In this document: positions 40,507-48,046 of the stretch, in pieces
Layout of the letters: every line of letters starts with the position of its first letter
How positions within the stretch are numbered: the stretch's first letter is position 1
IMG/VR virus record: IMGVR_UViG_3300020437_000005
Coordinates: 1 to 64,000 of that record
From: a virus
Length of the DNA: 64,000 nucleotides
Strand: one strand, 5' to 3'
Notes under the pieces: generated by a model
What the model saw: the letters and a program-made list of their open reading frames with translations, nothing else
What the model was told of the DNA's origin: nothing
Database searches by the model: none
Translations under genes and position numbers: made by a program

Positions 40507-40747
40507 ACCAGCCCTAGATGATTACGTCATTTGGAAAGGAAACAATGTTGAAGGTTGGGTTTACTATATTGATAGTGATGATGAATATCTCACTATTGAG
40601 ATAGCAGTCACAGATAAACTTCCACATCAACTTGATGCTGGAACATATCATAGAAAAAATCATGTATTAATTGTCTGCCAAGGTTATTATTGGCATGAGT
40701 TAGAATTCATCAAATCAAGATCACACACCAAATCATTTGAGGACTAA
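40499..40747 (+). CDS. Hypothetical phage protein
   Basis: 'DDYVIW...EGWVY...Y.TIE'. Confidence 0.6.
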   Translation: MYKPALDDYVIWKGNNVEGWVYYIDSDDEYLTIEIAVTDKLPHQLDAGTYHRKNHVLIVCQGYYWHELEFIKSRSHTKSFED

Positions 40748-40749
40748 TT

Positions 40750-40977
40750 ATGTCACATCGTCGAGAGTCAAAACAGCAGCGTCGTGCTAATACTATGGAG
40801 AAACGTCGTAAGATGGATCAAGTAGCATCACAAATGATTCAAGAACGTATCGAACGTCGTCTTGCAATTATTGAGGACATCAAACAAAAGATTGCAATGA
40901 TTGAAGAACAAGAATCTGCTCCAACAGTTGATGCTACCGAAGAAGAGGTTCCAGTAAGTGAAGTTGAGGTTGTATAA
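40750..40977 (+). CDS. Hypothetical coiled-coil protein
   Basis: GAGGA SD; charged helical sequence. Confidence 0.55.
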   Translation: MSHRRESKQQRRANTMEKRRKMDQVASQMIQERIERRLAIIEDIKQKIAMIEEQESAPTVDATEEEVPVSEVEVV

Positions 40978-40989
40978 TCTGATTGAATA

Positions 40990-41024
40990 AAAGTTACTCA
41001 CCTCCTGATTGTCTTATTACTGTA
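40990..41024 (+). repeat. 35-bp intergenic repeat, copy 1
   Basis: AAAGTTACTCACCTCCTGATTGTCTTATTACTGTA. Confidence 0.95.
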
Positions 41025-41036
41025 ATCACACATCAC

Positions 41037-41174
41037 ATGAATTCTTATCTGACCGAACAACAAGTTGAAGAACTGGTAAACTTTGACCACATTGAAAAAG
41101 ATCTTGCTGATCTTATCGAAGATGAGGAAAAGTTTGACATCAAAGACTATCTCAACTCCAACATTGACTACTAA
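41037..41174 (+). CDS. Small acidic protein (45 aa)
   Basis: MNSYLTEQQV...; ATG follows repeat copy 1. Confidence 0.55.
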   Translation: MNSYLTEQQVEELVNFDHIEKDLADLIEDEEKFDIKDYLNSNIDY

Positions 41175-41175
41175 A

Positions 41176-41397
41176 ATGAATTTTCCTACCGAAACTGTCA
41201 ACGTGTTACCACATCTGAATGAACTGAAAGAAACTTGGCGTCGTCAAGACTTTCGATTCACAAAAGATCAACAACTTCAATATGATATGCTACTGCAAGC
41301 ACGTCGTGAACGAGTTAGTTTCTTTTATGAAGCAGATCGTGTGTTCAAAGGTCCACGTATTGTAAAGGAGAAGGTTGAACAACAAGAAGAGGAGTGA
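41176..41397 (+). CDS. Hypothetical phage protein
   Basis: MNFPTETVNVLPHL...; starts 1 nt after the upstream stop. Confidence 0.6.
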   Translation: MNFPTETVNVLPHLNELKETWRRQDFRFTKDQQLQYDMLLQARRERVSFFYEADRVFKGPRIVKEKVEQQEEE

Positions 41398-41494
41398 TAT
41401 AATATAAACACCGGGGTTTCCACTACTCTGACCTAGAAGCAGAGACCATGAAGTGGTGTAAAAGAAGAACTTACGTTGATGCAACACCCACTCC

Positions 41495-41530
41495 AATCTC
41501 CTACTATTCTAAATAGTAGGAGATTTTTTT
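41495..41530 (+). terminator. 14-bp hairpin + T-run with embedded late promoter (CTAAATA 41509-41515)
   Basis: AATCTCCTACTATT-CTA-AATAGTAGGAGATT followed by TTTTT. Confidence 0.75.
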
Positions 41531-41539
41531 GTAGACAGA

Positions 41540-42187
41540 ATGAAGACGTTCGTGCAGTTTATGACTGAAGTATATGACAAGGATGTCATGGGTTCTTCAC
41601 AAATTCGTAAAACTGGTGGCGAAACTATTGGTAAAGATCGTAAACAACCAGCATCAATGACTCGCAGAATGAAGGCAGTTGGCGGTGGTAAGATGGAACC
41701 TGTTAAATCACCAGCAAGACGTAAAGATGCTGGACAACAGAAACCAAAATCACAAACACAACAACAACCAACAAAAGAAAGAGGCAGTGCCGAAGTTAAA
41801 CAATCATATGCGGATAAGGTAAAGGCAGAGAGAAAGAAAGCAGCACAAGCAAGAGCGGCAGCGAGAAAGTCTGGTGGTGAGGTGAAGAAAGACACCACAT
41901 CATCAAAAGAAAAAGAGTCTGCAGCAACAAAGTTATTGTCGAAGAAGTCAACCACAGTCAAGAAAGAACCATCGAGAACTAATCGTAAATGGAAACATGA
42001 GAGCGGTGGTGGTATGACAAGGAAGGAAAGAGATTCAGCAAGAAACAAAGAAAAGGGTGCTGCACTGAAAGCAAAGAAGGCAGAATTGATCAAGGGATTT
42101 ACAGATACTCATGGAAGAGCACCGAAGGGAGCAGAGAGAACTAGACTGCTGGGATTAGCACATAAGGCAGCAAAATCTGGATCATAA
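41540..42187 (+). CDS. Lys-rich basic protein with T4-type capsid-targeting-like N-terminus (putative internal head protein)
   Basis: MKTFVQFMTE resembles the T4 internal-protein CTS MKTYQEFIAE; late promoter upstream. Confidence 0.55.
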   Translation: MKTFVQFMTEVYDKDVMGSSQIRKTGGETIGKDRKQPASMTRRMKAVGGGKMEPVKSPARRKDAGQQKPKSQTQQQPTKERGSAEVKQSYADKVKAERKKAAQARAAARKSGGEVKKDTTSSKEKESAATKLLSKKSTTVKKEPSRTNRKWKHESGGGMTRKERDSARNKEKGAALKAKKAELIKGFTDTHGRAPKGAERTRLLGLAHKAAKSGS

Positions 42188-42221
42188 AAGTTACTCACCT
42201 CTTGATCGTCTTAGTTGTACG
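42187..42221 (+). repeat. 35-bp intergenic repeat, copy 2
   Basis: AAAGTTACTCACCTCTTGATCGTCTTAGTTGTACG; overlaps the upstream TAA. Confidence 0.95.
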
Positions 42222-42238
42222 AACATCCTGAGAGGGTC

Positions 42239-42267
42239 TTGTAAGGCGCTCTAAGGTGTGTTATACT
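42239..42267 (+). promoter_or_regulatory. sigma70-type promoter for the helicase
   Basis: TTGTAA-17 nt-TATACT with extended TGn. Confidence 0.65.
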
Positions 42268-42293
42268 GTCCACAGGTATTCATCCCCTATTTC

Positions 42294-43487
42294 GTGACTG
42301 TTACCCTTCGACCGCATCAGCAACGTGTTCTGGACCGTCTTGCAGCATATGATAAGGGTCAAGTCATTGTCCCCACAGGTGGTGGTAAAACCATCTGCAT
42401 GATTCAGGATACTATCAATCAACAGAACAACAGTCAGTCTGGTATTACCACTGTTGTTGTTGCTCCTCGTATTCTTCTTGCTGAACAACTGTGCAGTGAG
42501 TTTATGGAACTTGTTGATGGTTCTTACACTCACATCATGCACGTTCATAGTGGCGAGACACATCACTTCAGTACAACTAATCCAGAAAAGATTGCACTGT
42601 TTGCCAACTGTGCTCGTACTGCTGGTGAGAACCTGATTATCTTCACCACATATAATTCTCTTGATCGTATTCGTCAGGCAGATATTGAAGTCAACGACAT
42701 ATACTTTGACGAGGCACACAACAGTGTCAAGCGTAACTTCTTCCCTGCAACTGAACACTTCAGCAATGAATCTGATCGTTGTTACTTCTTCACTGCGACA
42801 CCAAAGCACAGTCTGACTGTATCTAAACCTGGCATGAATGATGGTTCTGTCTATGGTCAGGTGCTGGTCAATGTTCCTGCTCCTGAGTTGGTTGAGGGTG
42901 GATACATTCTTCCTCCCAAAGTTGTAGTCAAGCAGTTGCCTATGATCAAAGGTCGTAAGGTCGTATTTGCTGATGACTGTGACAATCTATTGGAGACGAT
43001 TGATGACAATAATATCAGCAAGACTCTGATCTGTGCTCGTACAACTCAACAGATCATCAACCTTATCTCTCAGTCACAGTTCTGTACTGAACTCGCTCAA
43101 CGCGGTTATTCTTGGATGACAATTACATCCAAGACTGGTGCAATCGTTGATGGTGAGAAGGTTGACCGTGAAAAGTTCTTTGATACACTGAACTCTTGGG
43201 GTCGTGATCCTGATAAGAAGTTTGTCTGCATCCATCATAGTATCCTGTCTGAGGGTATCAATGTCAATGGGTTGGAGGCAGTTGTGTTTATGCGCAACAT
43301 GGACTACATTGGTATTAGTCAGTCAATCGGTCGTGTGATACGTCTGGGAGGCGATCAGAAGACGTTTGGACTGGTTTGTGTACCAACTTACGATGCTGTT
43401 GGTATTTCCACCGCTCGCAAGGTTCAGGCAGTTGTTGATGTTGTGTTCAATCAAGGTCAACCTGCTATCTCTGAGATTCGCCGCTAA
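42294..43487 (+). CDS. Superfamily 2 DNA/RNA helicase (DEAH, ResIII-like)
   Basis: Q motif 'LRPHQ', Walker A 'PTGGGKT', 'DEAH', 'TATP', 'LSEGIN', 'QSIGRVIR'. GTG 42294 preferred because the track start at 42258 lies inside the promoter. Confidence 0.9.
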   Translation: MTVTLRPHQQRVLDRLAAYDKGQVIVPTGGGKTICMIQDTINQQNNSQSGITTVVVAPRILLAEQLCSEFMELVDGSYTHIMHVHSGETHHFSTTNPEKIALFANCARTAGENLIIFTTYNSLDRIRQADIEVNDIYFDEAHNSVKRNFFPATEHFSNESDRCYFFTATPKHSLTVSKPGMNDGSVYGQVLVNVPAPELVEGGYILPPKVVVKQLPMIKGRKVVFADDCDNLLETIDDNNISKTLICARTTQQIINLISQSQFCTELAQRGYSWMTITSKTGAIVDGEKVDREKFFDTLNSWGRDPDKKFVCIHHSILSEGINVNGLEAVVFMRNMDYIGISQSIGRVIRLGGDQKTFGLVCVPTYDAVGISTARKVQAVVDVVFNQGQPAISEIRR

Positions 43488-43489
43488 TT

Positions 43490-43524
43490 AAAGTTACTCA
43501 CCTCTTGATTGTATCAATAGTGTG
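43490..43524 (+). repeat. 35-bp intergenic repeat, copy 3
   Basis: AAAGTTACTCACCTCTTGATTGTATCAATAGTGTG. Confidence 0.95.
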
Positions 43525-43558
43525 AGGCACACATCTCACAAAGTTTTTTTTTTCCTTT

Positions 43559-44164
43559 ATGTCTAAATCAATCATCACAATGCAAGGTGCGATTGATCGC
43601 ATGAATAAGATCAAAGCATCAAGTTCAAAAAAGATTGAAGTGTATGCAAAGCGTTGCTACATTGATTTCATGAATCCTGAGATTATCAGTTGGTGGAACG
43701 ATGAGAGCAAAGACACAAATGTTGGTCGCGCTATCACTCGTCCTTTCTATGATCTGGTTCACTCCTGTTCTATTCCAACTGGACTGATTACAGAGTCTGC
43801 ATTTAAGTCTGAAAAGAAAACCAAAGATCACTGCTTCCGCCCACAATTTGTCTATCGGTTTATGTTAGACAATCACGAACAATTTGAAGACTTTTCTGTC
43901 TTTCGTGAGTGGTTTGTTATGTGCTGTTCAACTATTCTCGTCACTCCAAACGAAAATGATCGTTTGAGTAGTGAAGGAACCAAGAATCATGGTGGCGAAT
44001 ATGTTATCATGAGTCCTACAGATAAACAGTATGTTCGTGCAAATCTTGACCTCTTCACTCATAGCAATGAGCGTAGTTGGGCAAAGCGTAGTCTGACTCC
44101 AGCATCGAATGTTATCAATGCTCCCAGCGCACTTCTGGAGTATGAAAAGGTCTTCATCTCTTGA
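43559..44164 (+). CDS. Hypothetical protein, possible His-Me finger (HNH-like) nuclease
   Basis: 'TKDHCFRP' ... 'ILVTPNENDRL' resembles the DH..P / xxVTxxEN pattern; weak. Confidence 0.45.
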   Translation: MSKSIITMQGAIDRMNKIKASSSKKIEVYAKRCYIDFMNPEIISWWNDESKDTNVGRAITRPFYDLVHSCSIPTGLITESAFKSEKKTKDHCFRPQFVYRFMLDNHEQFEDFSVFREWFVMCCSTILVTPNENDRLSSEGTKNHGGEYVIMSPTDKQYVRANLDLFTHSNERSWAKRSLTPASNVINAPSALLEYEKVFIS

Positions 44165-44169
44165 CTCTA

Positions 44170-44204
44170 AATGTTACTCACCTCTTAATCGTATTAGTAG
44201 TATG
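44170..44204 (+). repeat. 35-bp intergenic repeat, copy 4 (ends in the next gene's ATG)
   Basis: AATGTTACTCACCTCTTAATCGTATTAGTAGTATG. Confidence 0.9.
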
Positions 44205-45101
44205 AAGAACACTCATCTACAACATCCAGAGGACGCCATTCTCACTGGTGATCTCTCTGTTCTCGATTGGTTCGCTGCACCAGACAGTCACATCAGCACG
44301 AAAATGGATGGTGCTCCTGCTATTGTCTGGGGCACTAATCCTGCAACTGGTAACAAGTTTGTGGGAACAAAATCTGTCTTCAACAAAGTCAAAATCAAAA
44401 TCAATGAAACGCATACTGACATTGATCGGAATCATTCTGGGTCTGTTGCTGACATACTACACCATTGCCTTGATTACCTTCCTGATGTCGGTGGGATTAT
44501 TCAAGGTGATTTTATTGGGTTTGGTGGTAGTGATACTTTTTGCCCCAATACGATTACTTACACGTTCCCTGAGGTAATTCGAGAGAACATCATCATTGCT
44601 CCTCACACATATTACACTGCTGATAAAGATCTGCGTGATGCTGTTGCTCATCCCTTAAAGTTCAGAATCACTGATACGATGTATTGTAAGATCGTGCAAC
44701 CTGAGGTCAAGTTGCATCCCTACCGTGAGGATTTGTATGATATGAGTTTGTTTGCCAAGCAAATGTCCACACTATGTGAGTTTGTGGATGACAAGCAAGC
44801 AACAAAAATCAAAAAATCCATCAACGACTGCATCCGTGATGGTTATGAGGTGGACGAGAATGAAATTGCACAAAAAAACGATTGTGACATCAATCTCATT
44901 CGATTGTGGAAGTTGGTTGCAACTATGAAGGACGATCTCTTCTGGTATATCACCGAAGACGATCTGATTGACTGTAAGATTGGTGATGAAGAGTCTATGC
45001 ACGAAGGTTATGTTATCAGCAACCAATATGGTGTGTTCAAAGTTGTTGACCGACCTACATTTTCTCGTGCAAACTTCACCATTCAGAAAAGTTGGTCCTG
45101 A
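44202..45101 (+). CDS. Ligase/capping-enzyme-like covalent nucleotidyltransferase (DUF6267-like)
   Basis: Motif I 'TKMDG', 'QGDF', motif IV 'EGYVI', motif V 'FKVV'. Start at MKNTHLQHPED avoids overlap with the upstream gene. Confidence 0.6.
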   Translation: MKNTHLQHPEDAILTGDLSVLDWFAAPDSHISTKMDGAPAIVWGTNPATGNKFVGTKSVFNKVKIKINETHTDIDRNHSGSVADILHHCLDYLPDVGGIIQGDFIGFGGSDTFCPNTITYTFPEVIRENIIIAPHTYYTADKDLRDAVAHPLKFRITDTMYCKIVQPEVKLHPYREDLYDMSLFAKQMSTLCEFVDDKQATKIKKSINDCIRDGYEVDENEIAQKNDCDINLIRLWKLVATMKDDLFWYITEDDLIDCKIGDEESMHEGYVISNQYGVFKVVDRPTFSRANFTIQKSWS

Positions 45102-45102
45102 G

Positions 45103-45137
45103 AAAGTTACTCACCTTTCGATTGTACCAGTAGTGTA
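45103..45137 (+). repeat. 35-bp intergenic repeat, copy 5
   Basis: AAAGTTACTCACCTTTCGATTGTACCAGTAGTGTA. Confidence 0.95.
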
Positions 45138-45153
45138 AGAACGGAGGAAACTG

Positions 45154-45486
45154 ATGCTATTTGTATCAGGAAAATCACAACACACAAAACTCACATTCAA
45201 GGTCTACGATTTCTTCCGTGAGTTGTATGATGTCAAGTCAGATGTTGAGGTGTTTCACACTGATCTGACTGATGACAATGCCTTCGGTTTTACCGAGGAG
45301 AATGGTGATGAACAATTCATTCAGATTCACAATGATCTGAGTGAGAAAGATTTTACCATCACATTGCTGCACGAACTTGTGCATGTGATGCAGAACGAAA
45401 ATGGTATCACTGATGATAAGATACGAGAAGAAGAGGCATATATGTTTGAGGACATTCTTTACAATCAGTACCTGCAATCTGTCTGA
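45154..45486 (+). CDS. Small zincin-like metallopeptidase
   Basis: 'TLLHELVHVMQ' HExxH with downstream 'EEEA'; GGAGG SD. Confidence 0.7.
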   Translation: MLFVSGKSQHTKLTFKVYDFFRELYDVKSDVEVFHTDLTDDNAFGFTEENGDEQFIQIHNDLSEKDFTITLLHELVHVMQNENGITDDKIREEEAYMFEDILYNQYLQSV

Positions 45487-45490
45487 CCCC

Positions 45491-45525
45491 AAAGTTACTC
45501 ACCTCTTGATCGTACCAGTAGTGTA
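45491..45525 (+). repeat. 35-bp intergenic repeat, copy 6
   Basis: AAAGTTACTCACCTCTTGATCGTACCAGTAGTGTA. Confidence 0.95.
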
Positions 45526-45537
45526 AGCACTCAACCA

Positions 45538-45876
45538 ATGCAAGTTACTCAAACCAAACCCCAATTCCTGACCGAAGCACTCATCGAAGTGCTCAACAAT
45601 CAGTGGAAAGTCGATGCGATCGAATCCGGTCATTCTGTTTATACTCAACTTGAGTATGAAGTTGGTCGCAAGTACATCAAAGTTTGGTCATATCTTGTTA
45701 GTGATGGTGAGAAAATGAGAGGTCGTTCTTGCTGGATGTTCGTTGACAAGAACACTGGCGAATGTTACAAACCAGCATCATACAAAGCACCTGCTAAGTA
45801 TGTCCGCTATCTGATCACTCAGTTAGCAGATAATCCTCACATTTGTGATGCCTATGGTTCGTTCTTGTATCTCTGA
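45538..45876 (+). CDS. Conserved hypothetical phage protein
   Basis: 'GRKYIKV...FVDKNTG..YKPASYKAPAK' motif widespread in T4-like phages. Confidence 0.65.
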   Translation: MQVTQTKPQFLTEALIEVLNNQWKVDAIESGHSVYTQLEYEVGRKYIKVWSYLVSDGEKMRGRSCWMFVDKNTGECYKPASYKAPAKYVRYLITQLADNPHICDAYGSFLYL

Positions 45877-45878
45877 TT

Positions 45879-46139
45879 ATGTTCTCTGACACCAATCGTC
45901 AACTCCGCAAACTTTCTATCTACAAACCCATGCAATTCCAAGTCACACAAATTGAGTTTGATTTCACTGACGATGTGTTTCCTGATGAAGCACTGCCAGT
46001 AGAAGAACAAGAACTTATTGTTGCAGAAACTTGTAATACTATCTGGGAGGCATGTGATGAGGATGATCTCATCGAGGAGATCACATCTGCATCAGGTTGG
46101 TGCATCAAATCCGTTGATTATGTTCACGTTCTTAACTGA
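45879..46139 (+). CDS. Hypothetical acidic phage protein
   Basis: 'IEFDF...WEA.DEDDLIEEIT..SGWCI'; start may be 45930. Confidence 0.6.
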   Translation: MFSDTNRQLRKLSIYKPMQFQVTQIEFDFTDDVFPDEALPVEEQELIVAETCNTIWEACDEDDLIEEITSASGWCIKSVDYVHVLN

Positions 46140-46144
46140 AACTC

Positions 46145-46312
46145 ATGATTACTTCCAAAGCACAAATGCTCCGCATTATGAAACAATGCGATGGAGCAGA
46201 CACTCTCACTCGTGAACAAAAGTTTCAAGTTTTCTGCAATGTTTGCGATAACATGCTCAAATCTGGTAAAATGTCCAAAGCAACACACAAACGATTCACG
46301 GAGATCTGGTGA
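46145..46312 (+). CDS. Hypothetical protein (55 aa)
   Basis: Translated manually (MITSKAQMLR...FTEIW). Confidence 0.55.
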   Translation: MITSKAQMLRIMKQCDGADTLTREQKFQVFCNVCDNMLKSGKMSKATHKRFTEIW

Positions 46313-46521
46313 TGACTAAAGACGTTACAAACTCACCAAAAGATTGGGAGGATTTCTGGTACTCACCCGAGAAATATGGTTCTTGGGAGTATTACAACTC
46401 CGAGAGTGAGGGACGTGACGTTCCTGAGATTGATCCTGAAATCTTACGCTATGTCGATTATGTTTTGGGCAATTCTCCTTATCCACCATCATTTAAGAGA
46501 AACTCAAAACTCTCAGAATGA
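46309..46521 (+). CDS. Hypothetical phage protein
   Basis: Coupled to the upstream stop. Confidence 0.5.
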   Translation: MMTKDVTNSPKDWEDFWYSPEKYGSWEYYNSESEGRDVPEIDPEILRYVDYVLGNSPYPPSFKRNSKLSE

Positions 46522-46530
46522 CAGGTTTTC

Positions 46531-46565
46531 AAAGTTACTCACCTCTTGATTGTCCTATTAGTGTA
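46531..46565 (+). repeat. 35-bp intergenic repeat, copy 7
   Basis: AAAGTTACTCACCTCTTGATTGTCCTATTAGTGTA. Confidence 0.95.
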
Positions 46566-46596
46566 AGCACCACACCAAACCAATTCTTTTCTCATC

Positions 46597-46803
46597 ATGA
46601 CCAAGTTTCGTGAGTTTGCAACAGAAGCAATGTATTTTTGTGCTTGTTTCGGTACACTCTCTCTTGTGACTTTGTTCTGCACAGTCAACATGAATACGAG
46701 TTCCTCTATCATGAATCCTGTTGATGTTGAAACTGTATCAAATCCTTCTGATACTTCACCTGCTCGTGTTGACTATCTGACCAACATTCAAGAGGGTAAC
46801 TGA
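46597..46803 (+). CDS. Small membrane-anchored protein
   Basis: N-terminal hydrophobic segment. Confidence 0.55.
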   Translation: MTKFREFATEAMYFCACFGTLSLVTLFCTVNMNTSSSIMNPVDVETVSNPSDTSPARVDYLTNIQEGN

Positions 46804-46980
46804 ATGAAACCCTATCCGCTTGGAATTGACAACCCCATTCTGATTAAGCAGGTGTGGGGTTCTACTGACTGGGCATTGTATTGGAGAAAAGATCACATTA
46901 AGATCGCCACATTTTCTAATCAATTCACTGCCTACGACATGCGCCGTTCTATTCTTCGTGCTCTTGGTTACGATGCTTGA
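46804..46980 (+). CDS. Hypothetical protein (58 aa)
   Basis: Translated manually (MKPYPLGIDNP...GYDA). Confidence 0.55.
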   Translation: MKPYPLGIDNPILIKQVWGSTDWALYWRKDHIKIATFSNQFTAYDMRRSILRALGYDA

Positions 46981-47137
46981 TCTCATTCTTGCCTACGAAT
47001 CTGGTGAACTTGACAATGACCAGATTGTTGAATTGTTCCAACAGATCTATGACAACAAAGCATACCTTTGGTTGCAAGGTCATTACGATCGCACACTTGC
47101 TCATCTAATTGACTCCGGTCTCATTCACATTGATTGA
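46973..47137 (+). CDS. Conserved small phage protein (54 aa)
   Basis: 'AYESGEL...ELFQ...WLQGHY.R...LID.G' motif. Confidence 0.6.
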   Translation: MLDLILAYESGELDNDQIVELFQQIYDNKAYLWLQGHYDRTLAHLIDSGLIHID

Positions 47138-47146
47138 CACAAACTC

Positions 47147-47335
47147 ATGAACTACGATGTTGACGAACGCCAAACCTCCATTGATAACATGGAGGACACA
47201 TTATTTGAAAAGATGAAGTTTGCCTTTATTCGTGAGAATGTGGGTGATGCTGAAGCGATCAAGAATGAGTGGGTTGTTGATGAAGACGACGAACCGGATA
47301 ATTTTCTCTTTGTTCCCAATCTTACACTAGACTGA
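47147..47335 (+). CDS. Hypothetical acidic protein
   Basis: Packed ORF. Confidence 0.55.
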   Translation: MNYDVDERQTSIDNMEDTLFEKMKFAFIRENVGDAEAIKNEWVVDEDDEPDNFLFVPNLTLD

Positions 47336-47529
47336 TGACACAACTCGACTTTGATCGTTCGATGATGGAACTTAAACTGCGTAAACAGACTCTACTGGAT
47401 GAGATCGCGCAGATCAATGCTTCTATAGAGTTTCTTCAAGAACAGAAGAATAACATCGTAGGTGAACAACAGGAGAGGACAGAAGAGATCTATAATGATA
47501 TACTGGGAGATGAGTATTTCTCAGAATAA
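47335..47529 (+). CDS. Hypothetical coiled-coil protein
   Basis: TGATG coupling. Confidence 0.55.
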   Translation: MTQLDFDRSMMELKLRKQTLLDEIAQINASIEFLQEQKNNIVGEQQERTEEIYNDILGDEYFSE

Positions 47530-47592
47530 TAACATAACTCTCCGAGAGTTTCCGAGATTCGAGCGACGCGAGCGCCGATTTTTTTCATTCTC

Positions 47593-47627
47593 AAAGTTAC
47601 TCACCTTCTGATTGTACCAGTTGTATG
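47593..47627 (+). repeat. 35-bp intergenic repeat, copy 8 (ends in the next gene's ATG)
   Basis: AAAGTTACTCACCTTCTGATTGTACCAGTTGTATG. Confidence 0.95.
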
Positions 47628-47852
47628 AGAATCACTTCCACCATGGTCCCTGTCCCTGACGACATCCGCGCCGCTGCCGTTCTTGAACAGATCAAAGATT
47701 GCAAGGTTGAAGATCCCTTTGGCAACCGATACAGCATTGTCGATGTTAAGTGCTTCAACGGTAAAGTGCGATCCATTGGTCTCAAAGGCGCTGATGGTGT
47801 TGTTATGTACGCCTCGAAGAATGTCTTTCTTGAAATGACATCTATTGCTTAA
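47625..47852 (+). CDS. Hypothetical protein
   Basis: ATG embedded in repeat copy 8; no SD. Confidence 0.55.
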   Translation: MRITSTMVPVPDDIRAAAVLEQIKDCKVEDPFGNRYSIVDVKCFNGKVRSIGLKGADGVVMYASKNVFLEMTSIA

Positions 47853-47855
47853 TTC

Positions 47856-48038
47856 ATGAAACTTCGTAAAATTCACATGAAAACGATTCTGATTGTGTTA
47901 GTTGGTGTGCTGGTTTGGACGAACAACGATGCACGCACATTCACTGCAAAAGCACTCTATCGTGCTGCTGAGTTTGTATCACCCGAACCTGAATCTCGTT
48001 CGATCGGTGAAACAATCGATGAAATCTTCTCTCGTTAA
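47856..48038 (+). CDS. Small membrane protein
   Basis: 'MKTILIVLVGVLVW' hydrophobic segment; start may be 47877. Confidence 0.55.
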   Translation: MKLRKIHMKTILIVLVGVLVWTNNDARTFTAKALYRAAEFVSPEPESRSIGETIDEIFSR

Positions 48039-48046
48039 TTGACATC

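Noticed and set aside
40993-41006. T7-type RNA polymerase promoter (ACTCAC similarity)
   Set aside because: Only a 6-nt resemblance, spacing to the inferred +1 does not match, and no single-subunit RNAP is seen.
41410-41490. tRNA or hammerhead ribozyme
   Set aside because: No TTCGA T-loop or cloverleaf, and no CUGANGA/GAAA core.
44109-44201. ORF-track N-terminal extensions across repeats (44109, 40983, 42258)
   Set aside because: They overlap upstream genes, the repeat or a promoter; downstream ATG/GTG starts are more plausible.
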